NCBI GenBank assembly: GCA_964012435.1
Contig: CAXGSM010000019.1
Coordinates: 1 to 16,150, forward strand
DNA: 16,150 nt
Source: an uncultured bacterium
Lineage (GTDB): Bacteria; UBP7; UBA6624
Direction of reading: 5' to 3'
A model generated the notes under the pieces. The model searched no databases, had not been told where the DNA came from, and saw only the letters and a list, made by a program, of their open reading frames with translations. This document shows, in pieces, positions 14,844-16,150 of the stretch; within the stretch, counting starts at the first letter, position 1, and each line of letters opens with the position of its first letter. The translations under genes were made by a program, and so were the position numbers.

Positions 14844-15172
14844 GTAGGGTGAGTCTGTAAGCCGGATTCTGTGTTTGTGTGATTATCTATCTGCGGTTAC
14901 TGTTGCCAGCAACCTCTCGCGGTCTTCTGCTAAATCAAAGGCAGAGCTTCCTCATTAGCTCCTTGCTCCAAGCAGGGTTTACCTCAGCCAAACTGTCACC
15001 AGTTTGCTGGTGAGCTCTTACCTCACCGTTTCACCCTTACCAAATAAATGGCGGTTTCGTTTCTGTGGCACTTTCCCGCAGGTTGCCCTGGGTGGGTGTT
15101 ACCCACTACCATGCTCTTAGGAGTCCGGACTTTCCTCAGGCTTTCGCCCGCAATCACCCAACTCACCCATAC
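14844..15172 (-). ncRNA. rnpB: RNase P RNA (bacterial type A, compact, about 330 nt)
   Basis: The reverse strand reads GAGGAAAGUCCGGACUCC ... AGUGCCACAGAAA ... AAGGGUGAAACGGUGAGGUAAGAGCUCACC ... GGUAAACC ... GGAGCAAG ... AGAUAGAUAAUCAC ... ACAGAAUCCGGCUUA. P1 is GGGUGAGU (15168-15161) paired with ACUCACCC (14854-14847). Ends are approximate to a few nt. Confidence 0.97.
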
Positions 15173-15176
15173 TTTT

Positions 15177-15182
15177 ATTATA
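15177..15182 (-). promoter_or_regulatory. Putative -10 box (TATAAT) of the rnpB promoter
   Basis: Plus-strand attata gives a perfect TATAAT on the minus strand, a few nt upstream of the P1 5' strand. No clear -35. Confidence 0.65.
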
Positions 15183-15218
15183 TAAAAGTATTTTTGTATA
15201 TGATTAGTGGTGCTGATT

Positions 15219-16150
15219 ATGAATAAACTATTTAATTTTTTACTTATCTTTATATGTTTGATTGGAGCTGAAACCGTTTCAGAGCATGGTTCAGCGGAAT
15301 GGCAGAAGTCAAGAATGTATGTCCATATTGAAGAGTCACAGAGAGATGATTTCTTAAATTGGATAGAAGACAATGGAGAAATTGAATGGAACGGAAAAAC
15401 TCTTCCATGGATCTACAGGATAGTTGTTTCTTCTGAAAATAGAAATTATTTATTGGATGACCTGAATCAAAAAAGTTTTACCAGGTATGCAACCATTTAT
15501 GAAAACACTGTAAGAAAAATCCTGGATACAGAGCCAAATGACCCTTATTACACAGAAGAGCAATTTGGAGATGGTTGGTATGTTTGGCCACATAAAAACC
15601 ATGCAGATCTTAGTCACATTGGCATTCCTTCAGGTGGTGATTATGATATGGACTCACCTCAAGGCTGGGATATAAGCACTGATGGCTCAGGCGTTATTGT
15701 TCTCATACATGATCAAGCTTTCAGAGACACACATGAGGACTTTCAAGGAAACTTGTGGAACAATATGGCGGAAATAAATGGTGCACCAGGTGTTGATGAT
15801 GACAATAATGGCTATGTTGATGACGAACATGGGTATTATGTAAACATTCACGGCAATCACGGAACTGGTGTAGGTGGTGCAATTGCAGCTAGAGGCAACA
15901 ATGGCATAGGTTCAGTTGGTGCTGCATGGACCGCTCAAATGGCACATTATTCTGAAGCTGTTTGGTGTGATGGAGCTTGGCAATGCATAGGTGGAATGAG
16001 TGAAGCTATTGATTATGCTAATGTAATTGGAGCAAAAATATTTAATGCAAGTTATGGCGGTAGCTATTGTGGAACTGGAGCTGGGGTAAACATGGCTTGT
16101 GTTGAAGCAGAAGAGGCTATGGTTGATGCTTTTAACGGTCTTTTTGTTGC
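15219..16150 (+). CDS. Secreted S8 family (subtilisin-like) serine peptidase, 3'-truncated
   Basis: Hand translation gives an open frame from ATG 15219 to the window end: signal peptide MNKLFNFLLIFICLIGA, prodomain, PNDPYY, GWDISTDG, HEDFQGNLW, DDDNNGYVDD.HG, catalytic-His motif HGTGVGGAIAARGNNGIG, AIDYA and NASYGG. It is missing from the ORF track because there is no stop in the window. Confidence 0.9.
   Translation, partial: MNKLFNFLLIFICLIGAETVSEHGSAEWQKSRMYVHIEESQRDDFLNWIEDNGEIEWNGKTLPWIYRIVVSSENRNYLLDDLNQKSFTRYATIYENTVRKILDTEPNDPYYTEEQFGDGWYVWPHKNHADLSHIGIPSGGDYDMDSPQGWDISTDGSGVIVLIHDQAFRDTHEDFQGNLWNNMAEINGAPGVDDDNNGYVDDEHGYYVNIHGNHGTGVGGAIAARGNNGIGSVGAAWTAQMAHYSEAVWCDGAWQCIGGMSEAIDYANVIGAKIFNASYGGSYCGTGAGVNMACVEAEEAMVDAFNGLFV

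Noticed and set aside
15023..15373. 116-aa minus-strand ORF from the track
   Set aside because: It overlaps rnpB on the same strand and the S8 gene antisense. Its C-terminal half is just translated RNase P RNA.

Overview
Low-GC, very densely packed bacterial chromosomal segment. It carries 16 protein-coding genes, all on the + strand and mostly overlapping or abutting, plus one - strand RNA gene. Order: 5'-truncated DsbD-like thiol:disulfide interchange protein with an acidic pentapeptide repeat, DUF502, rmuC, AhpC/TSA-like thioredoxin-fold protein, an MccA/MccB-like (CBS/CGL) reverse-transsulfuration pair, an acyl-ACP-reductase-like (COG5322) dehydrogenase, clpC, carD, PIN/TRAM (YacL-like), ispD, ispF, cutA, an RNase HI with an extra N-terminal module, a ThuA + PQQ-type sugar dehydrogenase lipoprotein, RNase P RNA (rnpB, - strand) and a 3'-truncated S8 subtilase. 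The last two are absent from the ORF track. I see no mobile element, CRISPR array or defence island, and the content is mostly housekeeping, so I cannot support a wholly new multi-gene system. The best leads are: (i) an RNase P RNA whose P15/L15 region appears to lack the CCA-binding GGU; (ii) a ClpC with a symmetrically lengthened middle coiled coil and no mcsAB/radA/disA neighbours; (iii) the RNase HI fusion; (iv) the AAR-like reductase directly behind mccAB; (v) a subtilase with a non-canonical catalytic-Asp motif. All family calls come from motif recognition; no searches were run.
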